Shown: positions 39,286 to 48,647 of the stretch, in pieces
Layout: each line of letters starts with the position of its first letter
Numbering within the stretch: the first letter of the stretch is position 1
From: Myxococcota bacterium
GTDB taxonomy: Bacteria; Myxococcota_A; Polyangia; Polyangiales; Houyiibacteriaceae
Direction: 5' to 3'
DNA length: 64,000 nt
Assembly: GCA_039030515.1 (NCBI GenBank)
Contig: JBCCEA010000002.1
Coordinates: forward strand, 96,001 to 160,000
The notes under the pieces: model-generated
The model's input: only the letters and a program-made list of their open reading frames with translations
Told to the model about the DNA's origin: nothing
Databases searched by the model: none
Translations under genes and position numbers: made by a program

Positions 39286-39864
39286 ATGGGAAAGACAGGT
39301 AAGTCCAAGGCTCTATTCTCGGCAACCGAGGTAGCTCGTTTCTGCGAGGTAGACATAAAAACCATTCACAACTGGGCAGAACAAGGAGAGATTCCCCACT
39401 TTCGAACCCCTGGACGTCATCTTCGATTTCACCGAAATGATGTTTTGGAATTTCTTCAGAGGTACGGCTATCCGATGCCCACCGTACTTCACTCAGGAAA
39501 ACCTAAAGTAATCTCGATAGACCCGATCGCTCTTCCACACACGAGCATGGCAAATATCCTGGACGGTTTTGATACGACCGAATACGTCGACGCTATCGAC
39601 GCACTGATCGATATGGGAAACGATCCTCCAGACGCGGCGGTGGTAAGTGACGAGCTCACGGGCGTAGACTGCATACACTTCATCAAGCAGCTCAAAGGCC
39701 ATAAAATTACACGTCGTGTGCGCGTCGTTGTCTACTACAGCAAAGCTAGGATGTACCGAAAGAAAGACGCATTGGCAGCCGGAGCATCAGCGCGGGTAAT
39801 GCAAGGCGAGACAGAGGAACTGCGCCAAACACTTGAAGCGCTGACGAAACTGAAACCAGCTTAG
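39286..39864 (+). CDS. HTH_17 (BldC/excisionase-like) DNA-binding domain plus atypical receiver domain
   Basis: FSATEVARFC.V..KTI.NW...G.I..FRTPGRHLRF; REC-like PDAAVVSD..GVD...FIK.LK, ALAAGA. Confidence 0.85.
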   Translation: MGKTGKSKALFSATEVARFCEVDIKTIHNWAEQGEIPHFRTPGRHLRFHRNDVLEFLQRYGYPMPTVLHSGKPKVISIDPIALPHTSMANILDGFDTTEYVDAIDALIDMGNDPPDAAVVSDELTGVDCIHFIKQLKGHKITRRVRVVVYYSKARMYRKKDALAAGASARVMQGETEELRQTLEALTKLKPA

Positions 39865-39878
39865 GCCCTAAACGCGGA

Positions 39879-39948
39879 GCCCTCGACGACTGGCCTCCGA
39901 CGACTGGCCCTCGACGACTGGCCTCCAACGATCAGCCTCCAACGATTT
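39879..39948. repeat. 14-bp degenerate tandem repeat, 5 copies, continuous with the SDR gene end
   Basis: GCCCTCGACGACTG / GCCTCCGACGACTG / GCCCTCGACGACTG / GCCTCCAACGATCA / GCCTCCAACGATTT. Confidence 0.85.
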
Positions 39949-40735
39949 CACCGCCGTCGATGTACAAGGTATTTCCGGTAAGCCAGTGCGTGCAGGGTTG
40001 TGCTAGGGCCAGCAGCGAATCGGCAACGTCCGCCGGTGTCGTCAGTCGATCGTGGGGGTTTTTGCGTAACGCTGTGGCGACCATGGCCTCTGCATCCGGA
40101 ATTTTTCGCAACGCAGGCGTGTCCGTGACCCCAGCGCAAATCGCATTGACCGTGATACTATTGGGCGCAAGCTCGACCGCCAATTGTCGGACGTGAGCCT
40201 CAAGAGCTGACTTGGCTGCCGAAACCGCTCCATAGCCACTCCAAACGCTGGTGCTCCCCGCAGAGGTCATCGCGTAAATGCGCCCATGGTGGGCAAACAA
40301 GTCGCGCCGATTCATATCCTGCGTCCAGTAAACCAGAGAGTTTGCCATCACATCCAGGGTCATATCGAGCTGGCGTTTCGTCAGCAGCGAGGCTCCTTCG
40401 GTGTCCGACCAGAGAGGCAATAGGGTGCCGAAGGCAAGTGAGTGCAAAAGAACGCGAACACTCTTGGGGCCCAACTGCTCTGCAACCGCGTCCAAAGTGG
40501 CCTGCCTCTTGGCCTCGTCAGCTGCATTGATGTTAAAAAACAGAGCGCTACGACCACGCCTCTCAATCTCAGATCGAACACGCTCCACATTCGGCATGGT
40601 GGAGCGACGGTCGAGATGAACGCCAATAATGTCCATCCCCGCAGATGCGAACGACAGACTGGCCGCCTCTCCAAAACCGCTACTCGCCCCGAGAACGAGC
40701 GCCCATCCCTCTAGCGAGTTGGCTGTGTGATCCAT
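39932..40735 (-). CDS. SDR oxidoreductase, FabL-like enoyl-ACP reductase
   Basis: LGASSGFG, YxxxxxxK (YGAVSAAK), VNAI.AG.TDT.AL, TG..LYIDGG. Confidence 0.85.
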   Translation of the reverse strand: MDHTANSLEGWALVLGASSGFGEAASLSFASAGMDIIGVHLDRRSTMPNVERVRSEIERRGRSALFFNINAADEAKRQATLDAVAEQLGPKSVRVLLHSLAFGTLLPLWSDTEGASLLTKRQLDMTLDVMANSLVYWTQDMNRRDLFAHHGRIYAMTSAGSTSVWSGYGAVSAAKSALEAHVRQLAVELAPNSITVNAICAGVTDTPALRKIPDAEAMVATALRKNPHDRLTTPADVADSLLALAQPCTHWLTGNTLYIDGGEIVGG

Positions 40736-40859
40736 GGCAGAGCGAGGCTACCCGGGGAGGACCTGCGGTCAAGTAGAGAGGCAAGAAGTTGGGAGAAAGA
40801 AAGCGGTTGAGGCTAATCTCATCTGTCTCGCACCGGAAACCAGAGCCACATCGCCTTCG

Positions 40860-41762
40860 ATGCATTCTCGCAATTTGAGTAAGAGTCCACATGTGATGGC
40901 AGCGCTCGCGTCTTCAATACTGCTGCTTGGAGGCCTTTTCTCTGGACTCATGCACTCGGAGATCCAGGAGGCAGAGGTGCCAGAGGTAGCCATTCCAACA
41001 CACCCTGCTTCCCCCCGTTCGATGGGCCTCCCGACAGCGCAGCGGCACCATTCATCGAGCTGTCGCGCACCTGACGTAGCGATTCCCCAGAGCAAAGGTT
41101 GCCGCATCGGACTTCTCTATCCTTCCTGTCGATTTCGCATGCCAGACCCAGAAGCCGCAGGATATCTCTACGATCGATGGAAAAGGACCACCCTGGACCA
41201 TTGGTGGGGTAGTCCCGGACTGGTCACCCTAATCCTCGCTGTGAGTGCGAAATACCAACAGGAGTACCCTGGTGAATCTCTAGTGGTGGGAGATCTAGAC
41301 GCCCCTGGACCACGTCACAGCACACATCGAAAAGGGCAGGACGTCGACCTCTACCTACCGGGCATGATGCGCACCGAAAACGTCAGGAGGTACGTGCGCC
41401 CCAGCAACTACGAGGGTCAACGAAGCTGGCAAGTGGCGGCAAAGCGGGCTCGGGTGGTGGAACTCGCAAAGAATCTTGCGATCTGTACGGATGGGCGCAT
41501 ACGGATTTACTACAACGACGAACCTGTCGAGCGACGCTTTTTGAAGTGGTTCACGATGCGCGGATACAAATCACCTTTCGGCAAACCTATGCGTCGTCAC
41601 AACTACCTGCATCGATTTCATTTTCACGTTTCGGTTCCCGAAAACATGTCGCCGCTGCCCTTTAACCCTCCGTCCTTCGCAGGGAATACAGATCTTGCAG
41701 CGGACACGCATGAAGCGCATGCGCTGGACACAAGCCAAGGCGGGCGAACTGCCGGTCGCTAA
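40860..41762 (+). CDS. MepA-like penicillin-insensitive murein endopeptidase
   Basis: N-terminal TM, WG.P.LV, VGDL, HSTHRKGQDVD, H..HFHV zinc ligands. Confidence 0.8.
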   Translation: MHSRNLSKSPHVMAALASSILLLGGLFSGLMHSEIQEAEVPEVAIPTHPASPRSMGLPTAQRHHSSSCRAPDVAIPQSKGCRIGLLYPSCRFRMPDPEAAGYLYDRWKRTTLDHWWGSPGLVTLILAVSAKYQQEYPGESLVVGDLDAPGPRHSTHRKGQDVDLYLPGMMRTENVRRYVRPSNYEGQRSWQVAAKRARVVELAKNLAICTDGRIRIYYNDEPVERRFLKWFTMRGYKSPFGKPMRRHNYLHRFHFHVSVPENMSPLPFNPPSFAGNTDLAADTHEAHALDTSQGGRTAGR

Positions 41763-42415
41763 GGCACTGCCTTCCGAGCCGCTTTTTCTTCGTAACCGGA
41801 AACTCCAAAACGCTCTGCGAGCGCCTGCTCCAAATCGCGGAGCGTGCAACCTCGCGACATCAAGCCAACTATCACGTGGTAAAGCACGTCAGCGGATTCG
41901 GAAACCACTCGATCGTCGGATTCCGAGTTGAGCGCGGTGGCGAGTTCTCCACCCTCTTCACGAATCTTCTGAGCGATCTTCGCATCGCCTTTCTCGAGCA
42001 AGGACTTCGTATAGCTTTTATCCGCGACAGATCTTCGGCGCGATTCCAGAACTTCCCCGAGCTTCGCTAATGTAGGCGCAGCATGGCCATAGTCGTCTGT
42101 ATCCAATCGCCGAAAAAAGCAGCTTCGCTCGCCGGTGTGACAGGTAGGCCCGTGAGGATCGACGAGGTAGATCAGGGCATCAGCATCGCAGTCGACCCAT
42201 ACTTCCGAGACAAGCAAGAAATTGCCGCTTGTTTCGCCCTTTCGCCAGAGCGCTTGACGCGATCGGCTGTAGAAGTGAGCCGATTTCGTCTCGAGGGTTC
42301 TGCGTACCGCTTCCTCATTTGCGTAGCCCACCATGCGGACCTCGCCTCCGTGCCGATCCTGAACAACCACGGCTACGAGCCCAGCAGCATCGGTTTTCAA
42401 TCCGCTTAGATCCAT
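41759..42415 (-). CDS. hisIE: Bifunctional phosphoribosyl-AMP cyclohydrolase / phosphoribosyl-ATP pyrophosphatase
   Basis: SRSR..LW.KGETSG, DCDAD, CHTG..SCF, SYT..L, KI.EE, E.AD.LYH. Confidence 0.96.
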   Translation of the reverse strand: MDLSGLKTDAAGLVAVVVQDRHGGEVRMVGYANEEAVRRTLETKSAHFYSRSRQALWRKGETSGNFLLVSEVWVDCDADALIYLVDPHGPTCHTGERSCFFRRLDTDDYGHAAPTLAKLGEVLESRRRSVADKSYTKSLLEKGDAKIAQKIREEGGELATALNSESDDRVVSESADVLYHVIVGLMSRGCTLRDLEQALAERFGVSGYEEKAARKAVP

Positions 42416-42669
42416 TAGAACGCAATCCCTTTGAGTGATCCGGCTAAGGTGGCATGAGCAGGCTACGTGGAGTGAGCAAGTGAGATGGCTCGAGGCACGC
42501 TACGTTACGTAAGGACGGTTGCTCCGACGATACACAACTGCAGCCCTAACCAGTTCAACGACCAGCCCTGACCAATTTAACAATCTGTAACCTGAAACTA
42601 GGATACATTCGCGGCAATCAGAATAGTGTGTGTCCGGAAGCGATCCCGACCGGACGCCACATCCCGCCG

Positions 42670-43812
42670 CTACGCTCGAGAACGTTTTTGCCTACCGTTT
42701 GCCTTCGAAGACGCTCCAGCTGCTTGATTCGATGATCCAGGGCTCGAGGGCGAAACCTCGGTGGAACTCGTCTTGTCTTGAGAGGAGCCACTGCCCTGAG
42801 AGGATGCACCACCTCGAGACAACCCGTGTTTCTCTAATATTCGATGCTCGATATCGTTATAGAGCTCAGGATGTTCCTCTAGAAATCGGCGTGCATTGTC
42901 GCGCCCTTGCCCAATGCGATCGCCTTTGTAGCTGTACCAAGAGCCGGACTTATCTACGATGTTGTCGGCTACCCCTAAATCGAGAACATCGCCGGAACGA
43001 CTGATTCCCTTACCAAACAAAATATCGAATTCACAAACTTGAAAGGGAGGCGCGAGTTTGTTTTTCACGACTTTGACCCGACATCGATTGCCCACCGCTT
43101 CATCTCCGGTCTTGATGGTGCCTACGCGTCTGATATCGAGTCGTTGTGACGCATAGAACTTGAGCGCGTTGCCACCGGTTGTCGTCTCCGGACTGCCAAA
43201 CATCACCCCTATTTTCATTCGAATCTGATTGATAAAGAACAAGGTCACGTCGCTTTTATGCACGGTTGCAGTAAGCTTTCGTAGCGCTTGGCTCATCAGT
43301 CTCGCTTGCAGACCTGGAAGAGAATCACCCATATCTCCTTCGATTTCTGCACGAGGCACGAGTGCAGCAACCGAGTCGATCACGATAATGTCTACCGCTC
43401 CGGAACGAACCAGGGTGTCGGCGATCTCGAGCGCCTGTTCACCGTGGTCAGGCTGGCTAACGAGCAGCTCGTCGACATTCACCCCAAGGCGTTTGGCGTA
43501 AGAAGGATCAAGAGCGTGCTCTGCATCGATGAATGCAGCGATTCCTCCAGATTTTTGGCATTCCGCAATCGCATGAAGCGTAAGCGTGGTTTTGCCGCTC
43601 GACTCCGGGCCGTACACTTCGACAATGCGTCCGCGAGCATATCCCCCGGTTCCCAAAGCCAGATCGAGCGAAATGGAACCAGTCGAAATTATGGGAATAT
43701 CTAGAGCCTGGGAATCCCCCAGACGCATGATAGCTCCCTTGCCATACGCCTTTTCAATCGCTCCTACGGCGAGCTCGAGCGCTTTCAACCGGTTCGAATC
43801 CGATGACATCAT
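42670..43812 (-). CDS. recA: Recombinase A
   Basis: [49 protein letters not shown]; Ser-rich tail. Confidence 0.99.
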   Translation of the reverse strand: MMSSDSNRLKALELAVGAIEKAYGKGAIMRLGDSQALDIPIISTGSISLDLALGTGGYARGRIVEVYGPESSGKTTLTLHAIAECQKSGGIAAFIDAEHALDPSYAKRLGVNVDELLVSQPDHGEQALEIADTLVRSGAVDIIVIDSVAALVPRAEIEGDMGDSLPGLQARLMSQALRKLTATVHKSDVTLFFINQIRMKIGVMFGSPETTTGGNALKFYASQRLDIRRVGTIKTGDEAVGNRCRVKVVKNKLAPPFQVCEFDILFGKGISRSGDVLDLGVADNIVDKSGSWYSYKGDRIGQGRDNARRFLEEHPELYNDIEHRILEKHGLSRGGASSQGSGSSQDKTSSTEVSPSSPGSSNQAAGASSKANGRQKRSRA

Positions 43813-43817
43813 TGCCT

Positions 43818-43834
43818 CCTGAACAAATGTCTAG
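43818..43834 (-). promoter_or_regulatory. Myxococcus-type LexA (SOS) box upstream of recA
   Basis: CTAGACATTTGTTCAGG versus the M. xanthus consensus as recalled, CTRHAMRYBYGTTCAGS (1 mismatch); abuts the RBS. Confidence 0.75.
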
Positions 43835-43912
43835 ACCTTCTCTGCCTAGAACGCAACTTCCAACTCGGCGAACGGCTTCCGGTGAGGGGTGTTCTTGCCA
43901 AAAATCTGTGGT

Positions 43913-45154
43913 TTATCTCGGCAGCAGAAGCGTAGCGCGACGTACCAAGTCGAGAGCGATATGAGAGGCCATGCGACGAATACGAGAGCGATCTCCGGTT
44001 AAGGTTCTGCAGAAAACCTCGACCGGTTGGGTGCGCTGCGCCAGTCCGAACCATACGGTGCCCACCGGCTTGTCCTCGCTACCTCCCCCCGGGCCGGCGA
44101 TCCCAGTCACCGAAACCGCTAAGTCTGTAGCCGTGCGATCGAGCGTCCCCTCAGCCATCGCACCCGCTACCGGACCACTTACCGCACCGTACGTCGAAAG
44201 CATATCCTCCGGCACGCCCAAAAGCGCAGTCTTTGCCTTATTTTCGTAGGACACCAAATCAGCTGCAAAGTAGCTGGAGCTACCGGGGTTTTCGGTGAGC
44301 ATCATGCCGATCATCCCTCCAGTGCAGGACTCGGCAACTCCCAATCGAAGACCCCGTTGTCGAAGGTGTTGTCCGACAACGGACGCAAGCGTTTCTTCGC
44401 CCCTGCCAAAGACCACGTCGCCGAGCAGCTCCCGAATACGCTGAACCGCATCGTCGGCACGTCGATTGGCCACCTTTGGGGAAGACCCGTCGGCGTAGAC
44501 CTTGACTTCGATCACCGGATAGGAGGCTCGATATCCGAGTCGAATCCCTTCATCGGTGAGCGACTCCAACTTCGTCGCTACTCCGGATTCGGTCATGCCA
44601 AACGTGCGCAAACGACGACGGGTCTCGTTGAAACTACCTTGAGCGGCGATCGCGGGCAGCACCGAGTCTTCAAACATCGGCTTCATTTCGCGGGGAACCC
44701 CCGGGAGAAAAAAGACCTGAGCCGCGCCAAGCACCATTCGGAAACCGGGCGCTGTGCCCACTGCGTTGGGGAGGATTTCGGCTCCCTTAGGAAAGAGCGC
44801 CTGATTCCGATTCATCTCCGGCATCTCGATGCCTCGCTGCTGAAACATCTCACGGATTCGATCGAAAGACGCAGGATCGAATACCAAGTCCACCCCTGCC
44901 GCCTTGGAAGCCGCCTCCGTCGTTCGATCATCGACAGTGGGGCCTAGGCCTCCCGTCACGACCACTACCGATGCACCTGCAGCCAGGCGGGAAAGGCTGG
45001 CGACAATACGAGGCAAATCGTCATCTACCGTCGCGCGCTCCTGTACGCAAAATCCCGAGAGCGAGAGGCGTTCGGAGAGCCACGGGGCGTTGGTATCGAT
45101 GAGCTCCCCCAGGGTCAGTTCCGTGCCGATGGAGAGTACTGCAGCAACATTCAT
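43913..45154 (-). CDS. cinA: Competence/damage-inducible protein A (NMN deamidase)
   Basis: IGTEL..G...DTN, TGGLGPT.DD.T, GTAPG, LPGVPREM, AESCTGG, TGIAGP.GG..KPVGTV; directly upstream of recA. Confidence 0.96.
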   Translation of the reverse strand: MNVAAVLSIGTELTLGELIDTNAPWLSERLSLSGFCVQERATVDDDLPRIVASLSRLAAGASVVVVTGGLGPTVDDRTTEAASKAAGVDLVFDPASFDRIREMFQQRGIEMPEMNRNQALFPKGAEILPNAVGTAPGFRMVLGAAQVFFLPGVPREMKPMFEDSVLPAIAAQGSFNETRRRLRTFGMTESGVATKLESLTDEGIRLGYRASYPVIEVKVYADGSSPKVANRRADDAVQRIRELLGDVVFGRGEETLASVVGQHLRQRGLRLGVAESCTGGMIGMMLTENPGSSSYFAADLVSYENKAKTALLGVPEDMLSTYGAVSGPVAGAMAEGTLDRTATDLAVSVTGIAGPGGGSEDKPVGTVWFGLAQRTQPVEVFCRTLTGDRSRIRRMASHIALDLVRRATLLLPR

Positions 45155-45508
45155 AATTGCGGGACAGTTTTTGCCACTCGCACGCGAGGTCAAGTACCGA
45201 ACTCGATCGATATTTGCCGCCGCAACCAAGCGGACGCACTGGTCCCGCTGCCGCGAGAAGAATATGGTGCCCACAGCGAAGGTACAGGGAGAGGAAAAAC
45301 AAGAAATCTTCAGCATTGGCGAAAAACCGAGGGCATGTTATCGGAATCTCGGCGGTACAATCGAGGGAGTACACATCATGCAGATGATCGCGAGAGACAG
45401 ATGATCGCGAGAGACGGGAGGGCTTGCGACGCGGGAATCATCCAAAAAAGAATTGTGTTTTTTCGCGTGAGTCGCGCGTGGAGCAGTCGTTCAGGGCGGG
45501 ATCATTCG

Positions 45509-47011
45509 ATGCAGGGTCATTCTAAAAAGCAAAGACGCGGCCTGCCCTACCAGATCGCCACTGCGATCTGGACGATGCTTCTACTCTGGTCAGCTCTCGC
45601 CGAAATGATCCCTGAGTCCGCCGCCGCGCAAGGCGTGAACCTCGAGAACCAGAGCTCCGCCGATGCTGAGGAGACGCCCCTGCCCTTGCCGCTTCCCATC
45701 GAGCGTCGAAGGCTCGCAAACGGTCTCCGCGTGGTTCTAAGCCCCGACCGCACGGTTCCCACGGTGGCGATCGCGATATATTACGACGTGGGATCGAGAG
45801 ACGAGGTTCCGGGCAGAGAGGGCTTCGCCCATTTATTTGAACACATGATGTTCAAAGGCTCCGCAAACGTCGCGGACGGGGAGCATTTTTCACTGATCAC
45901 GGCACGCGGTGGACGTGCGAACGCGACGACATCGAGAGATCGCACCAACTATTTCCAAACCCTTCCATCCAACGAACTGGCCCTTGGGCTGTGGCTGGAA
46001 GCGGATCGCATGCAGTCTCTCCGAGTCACGGCCGAGAATTTTGAAAACCAGCGACAGGCCGTGCTGGAAGAGCGGAGACAGCGCGTGGACAATCAACCCT
46101 ACGTACCCAGCTGGTTGAGGGTCGAAGCTCTAGCGTACGGCGACTACTTTCCCTACGCCCACTCGGTCATCGGCGCTCGCAGAGATCTTGAGACGATGCC
46201 TTTCGAGGCGGCGCTTGACTTCTACAACCGCTTCTACGGGCCCAACAACGCCGTTGTAGCGATCGCCGGAGACTTTGAGAGCCGCCAGGCCATGGATGTT
46301 CTCGGTACGTACTTCGAGGAGATCGAACCCCGTTCGAGACCTGAGCGGGTGGAGCCTACCTTCACACCACAAACCGAGCAGCGGCGTTCGACAAATATCG
46401 ATCGATTCGCTGAATTGCCCGCACTCCATCTCGCCTATTCGATACCGCCGATGAGAACGGAAACACACTACGCTCTCGAATTGCTGGCGCTCTTGCTTGG
46501 CGACGGCGAGTCGTCCCGCCTCTATCAGACCCTGGTGAAAGATCTCGAACTCTGCACTCAGATATCGGTGTACACCTACGATCGGCGAGGGCCCGACCTG
46601 TTTCACATCTTTGGGATCCTCTCCAAAACCGAACACGCCTCTGCCACCGAGGAGGCGATCTATCGTGAGATCAGGTCGATCGCGGAAGAAGGCGTTTCTC
46701 CCCGTGAATTGCAAAAAGCAAAGAATCGTGTGCGGTCGTATTTTGTCTTCGGTCTTCAATCCAATTTGAATCGCGCTCAGAGACTTGCGGAGTACGAGAT
46801 GTACTGGGGTAACGCCGAAGAGTTGAGAACAGAGCTGCAGCACTACCTACAGGTCAGTTCTGCTCAGATCCAGGATGCCGCGGGTCGCTACTTCGCTGCC
46901 ACCAATCGGACCGTCCTCAGCGTATTGCCTACATCGTCTCAAGCAGAAGCTCACGGCGCGAAAGCCCCTACGGCGACACCGGAAGCCGTCTCGATGAGAG
47001 GTGCACAATGA
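45509..47011 (+). CDS. M16B zinc peptidase, catalytic subunit
   Basis: G.AHLFEHMMF.GS (HxxEH), NATTS.DRTNY, EADRM; signal peptide. Start uncertain. Confidence 0.93.
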   Translation: MQGHSKKQRRGLPYQIATAIWTMLLLWSALAEMIPESAAAQGVNLENQSSADAEETPLPLPLPIERRRLANGLRVVLSPDRTVPTVAIAIYYDVGSRDEVPGREGFAHLFEHMMFKGSANVADGEHFSLITARGGRANATTSRDRTNYFQTLPSNELALGLWLEADRMQSLRVTAENFENQRQAVLEERRQRVDNQPYVPSWLRVEALAYGDYFPYAHSVIGARRDLETMPFEAALDFYNRFYGPNNAVVAIAGDFESRQAMDVLGTYFEEIEPRSRPERVEPTFTPQTEQRRSTNIDRFAELPALHLAYSIPPMRTETHYALELLALLLGDGESSRLYQTLVKDLELCTQISVYTYDRRGPDLFHIFGILSKTEHASATEEAIYREIRSIAEEGVSPRELQKAKNRVRSYFVFGLQSNLNRAQRLAEYEMYWGNAEELRTELQHYLQVSSAQIQDAAGRYFAATNRTVLSVLPTSSQAEAHGAKAPTATPEAVSMRGAQ

Positions 47012-48591
47012 TCTTTCGGGCCACAGGTGTAGCTTCTGCCACCCCGATCGAAGCGCATGATGGACTGGGTCTTCATGGACTGGGTCTTCTTCTATTGGCG
47101 AGCTCGATCTTGACGGGCATGGTCGCGGTGGGAGGCGCCGGTTGTGGTGGCGCGACGGCGCCCGTCGCTGACGGCACTGAAGCCGAGAGCCAGCCCGTTG
47201 CCGAAACATCGAGACCTCGTGAGGAACCACCGGCTTCCGGACCTGCAAGGGACATCGCGTTCCCGCCGATCCAACGCTTTCAAATGGAGAGCGGATTGGA
47301 AGTGCGACTGGTAGAGCGCCGGCAGCTACCGGTTGTCTATGCCCGTCTTGTGTTTTTTAGCGGTAGCGAAACCGACCCGGAACACCTACCCGGCCTATCG
47401 AATCTGGTTGCTCAAATGCTCGAAGAGGGCACGCGATCGAAGAGCAGCGCGGAGTTGGCGGAAGAAATCGAGTATTTAGGGGCCGACATGCAGAGCGGCT
47501 CGGACGAGGAGTCGCTCTACGTCGGAGTCCAGGGCTTGAGTGAGCATTTTGAAACGATGATCGAGCTACTGGCCGAAATCGTGACCCAACCTGCGTTCGA
47601 AGAAGATGAGCTCGCGAAGCTGAAGCGCCGGGAACTAGACCGCCTCAAACTGATGAGCGCGCGCCCCAATTATTTGGCGCGACGTATTCTTTACCAGCGC
47701 CTCTACGGAACCCACCCTTACGGGCACGTCGATACCAATACCGAGGTATTGCGACGACTTGCCCGAGAGGATCTCGTCACCTGGCACGAGGCACATATCG
47801 CGCCGAACAATGCAACGCTCGTCGTTGTAGGCGATGTCGATCGGGCGCGGGTGGAGAGAAATGTCGGGCAAGTCTTCGAGCTTTGGCAACCGACCTCGGT
47901 TCCACAGACCCAGTACCCGCAGACGCCGCAGCGGACTGAGCGGGAGCTGGTCGTCGTCGACCGCCCTGGTTCCGTACAAACCACGATCATGATCGCAAAC
48001 CTTGCCGTAGAGCGAGGCCATGAGGACTGGGTGCCGTTGATGGTGTCCAATCAGGTACTGGGCGGTTCAGCAGCTTCAAGGCTGTTCATGGATCTCAGAG
48101 AGGAGCGAGGGCTCACCTACGGTGCCTACAGCAATATCGCGGAGCGGGTGAAGGTCGGGCCCTTTTTGGCCTATGCGCAAGTGGAAACCTCAAAGACCTT
48201 TGAGGCGGTCGGTGCGTTCTTCGAGCACCTAGAAAGAATCACCACGGAAGCAGTGCCCGAGGAAGAGCTCGAACGAGCGGCACAGTATCTGTCGAATTCA
48301 TTCCCTTTGGAGATCGACACCCCCGCAAAGATCGCTTCGATGGTAAGCGACCTAAGGGTGTTTGAACTTCCGGACGGCTATTGGGACGGCTTCCGATCGA
48401 GTATCGCGAGCGTCATGACTGAGGAAGCCCTCGCCGCTGCACAAGCCCATATTCATCCCAGGCAATCCTTAGTACTGCTCGTTGGAGACGCAGGTCGGAT
48501 CGCCGAGCCGCTGCGAAGATTTGGCGAAGTCCAAGTAGTGAACGCCGACGACGAAGTTCTGCAGACCCTGCCGCCGCTGGCGATACCCTAG
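47008..48591 (+). CDS. M16B peptidase, non-catalytic subunit (probable lipoprotein)
   Basis: Lacks HxxEH (NLVAQML); has SRLF.DLRE.RGLTYG; GAGC lipobox; ATGA coupling to the upstream gene. Confidence 0.9.
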   Translation: MIFRATGVASATPIEAHDGLGLHGLGLLLLASSILTGMVAVGGAGCGGATAPVADGTEAESQPVAETSRPREEPPASGPARDIAFPPIQRFQMESGLEVRLVERRQLPVVYARLVFFSGSETDPEHLPGLSNLVAQMLEEGTRSKSSAELAEEIEYLGADMQSGSDEESLYVGVQGLSEHFETMIELLAEIVTQPAFEEDELAKLKRRELDRLKLMSARPNYLARRILYQRLYGTHPYGHVDTNTEVLRRLAREDLVTWHEAHIAPNNATLVVVGDVDRARVERNVGQVFELWQPTSVPQTQYPQTPQRTERELVVVDRPGSVQTTIMIANLAVERGHEDWVPLMVSNQVLGGSAASRLFMDLREERGLTYGAYSNIAERVKVGPFLAYAQVETSKTFEAVGAFFEHLERITTEAVPEEELERAAQYLSNSFPLEIDTPAKIASMVSDLRVFELPDGYWDGFRSSIASVMTEEALAAAQAHIHPRQSLVLLVGDAGRIAEPLRRFGEVQVVNADDEVLQTLPPLAIP

Positions 48592-48647
48592 GCCGAGGGC
48601 CCGTCAGGACGTTCCCGAACAACTCGAGCTATGGAGGCAAAAGCAAT

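Noticed and set aside
39879..39948. Binding array for the adjacent BldC-like protein
   Set aside because: It lies downstream of the gene, has a 14-bp period, and is explained by duplication of the SDR gene end.
42540..42585. Degenerate ~22-bp direct repeat (CAGCCCT.ACCA.TT.AAC) between recA and hisIE
   Set aside because: Only two imperfect copies; nothing beyond the general duplication pattern.
32539..43812. Inteins in dnaB or recA
   Set aside because: Both proteins have normal length and uninterrupted motifs.
48592..48647. glmS ribozyme
   Set aside because: The gap is only 56 nt and has no ribozyme core.
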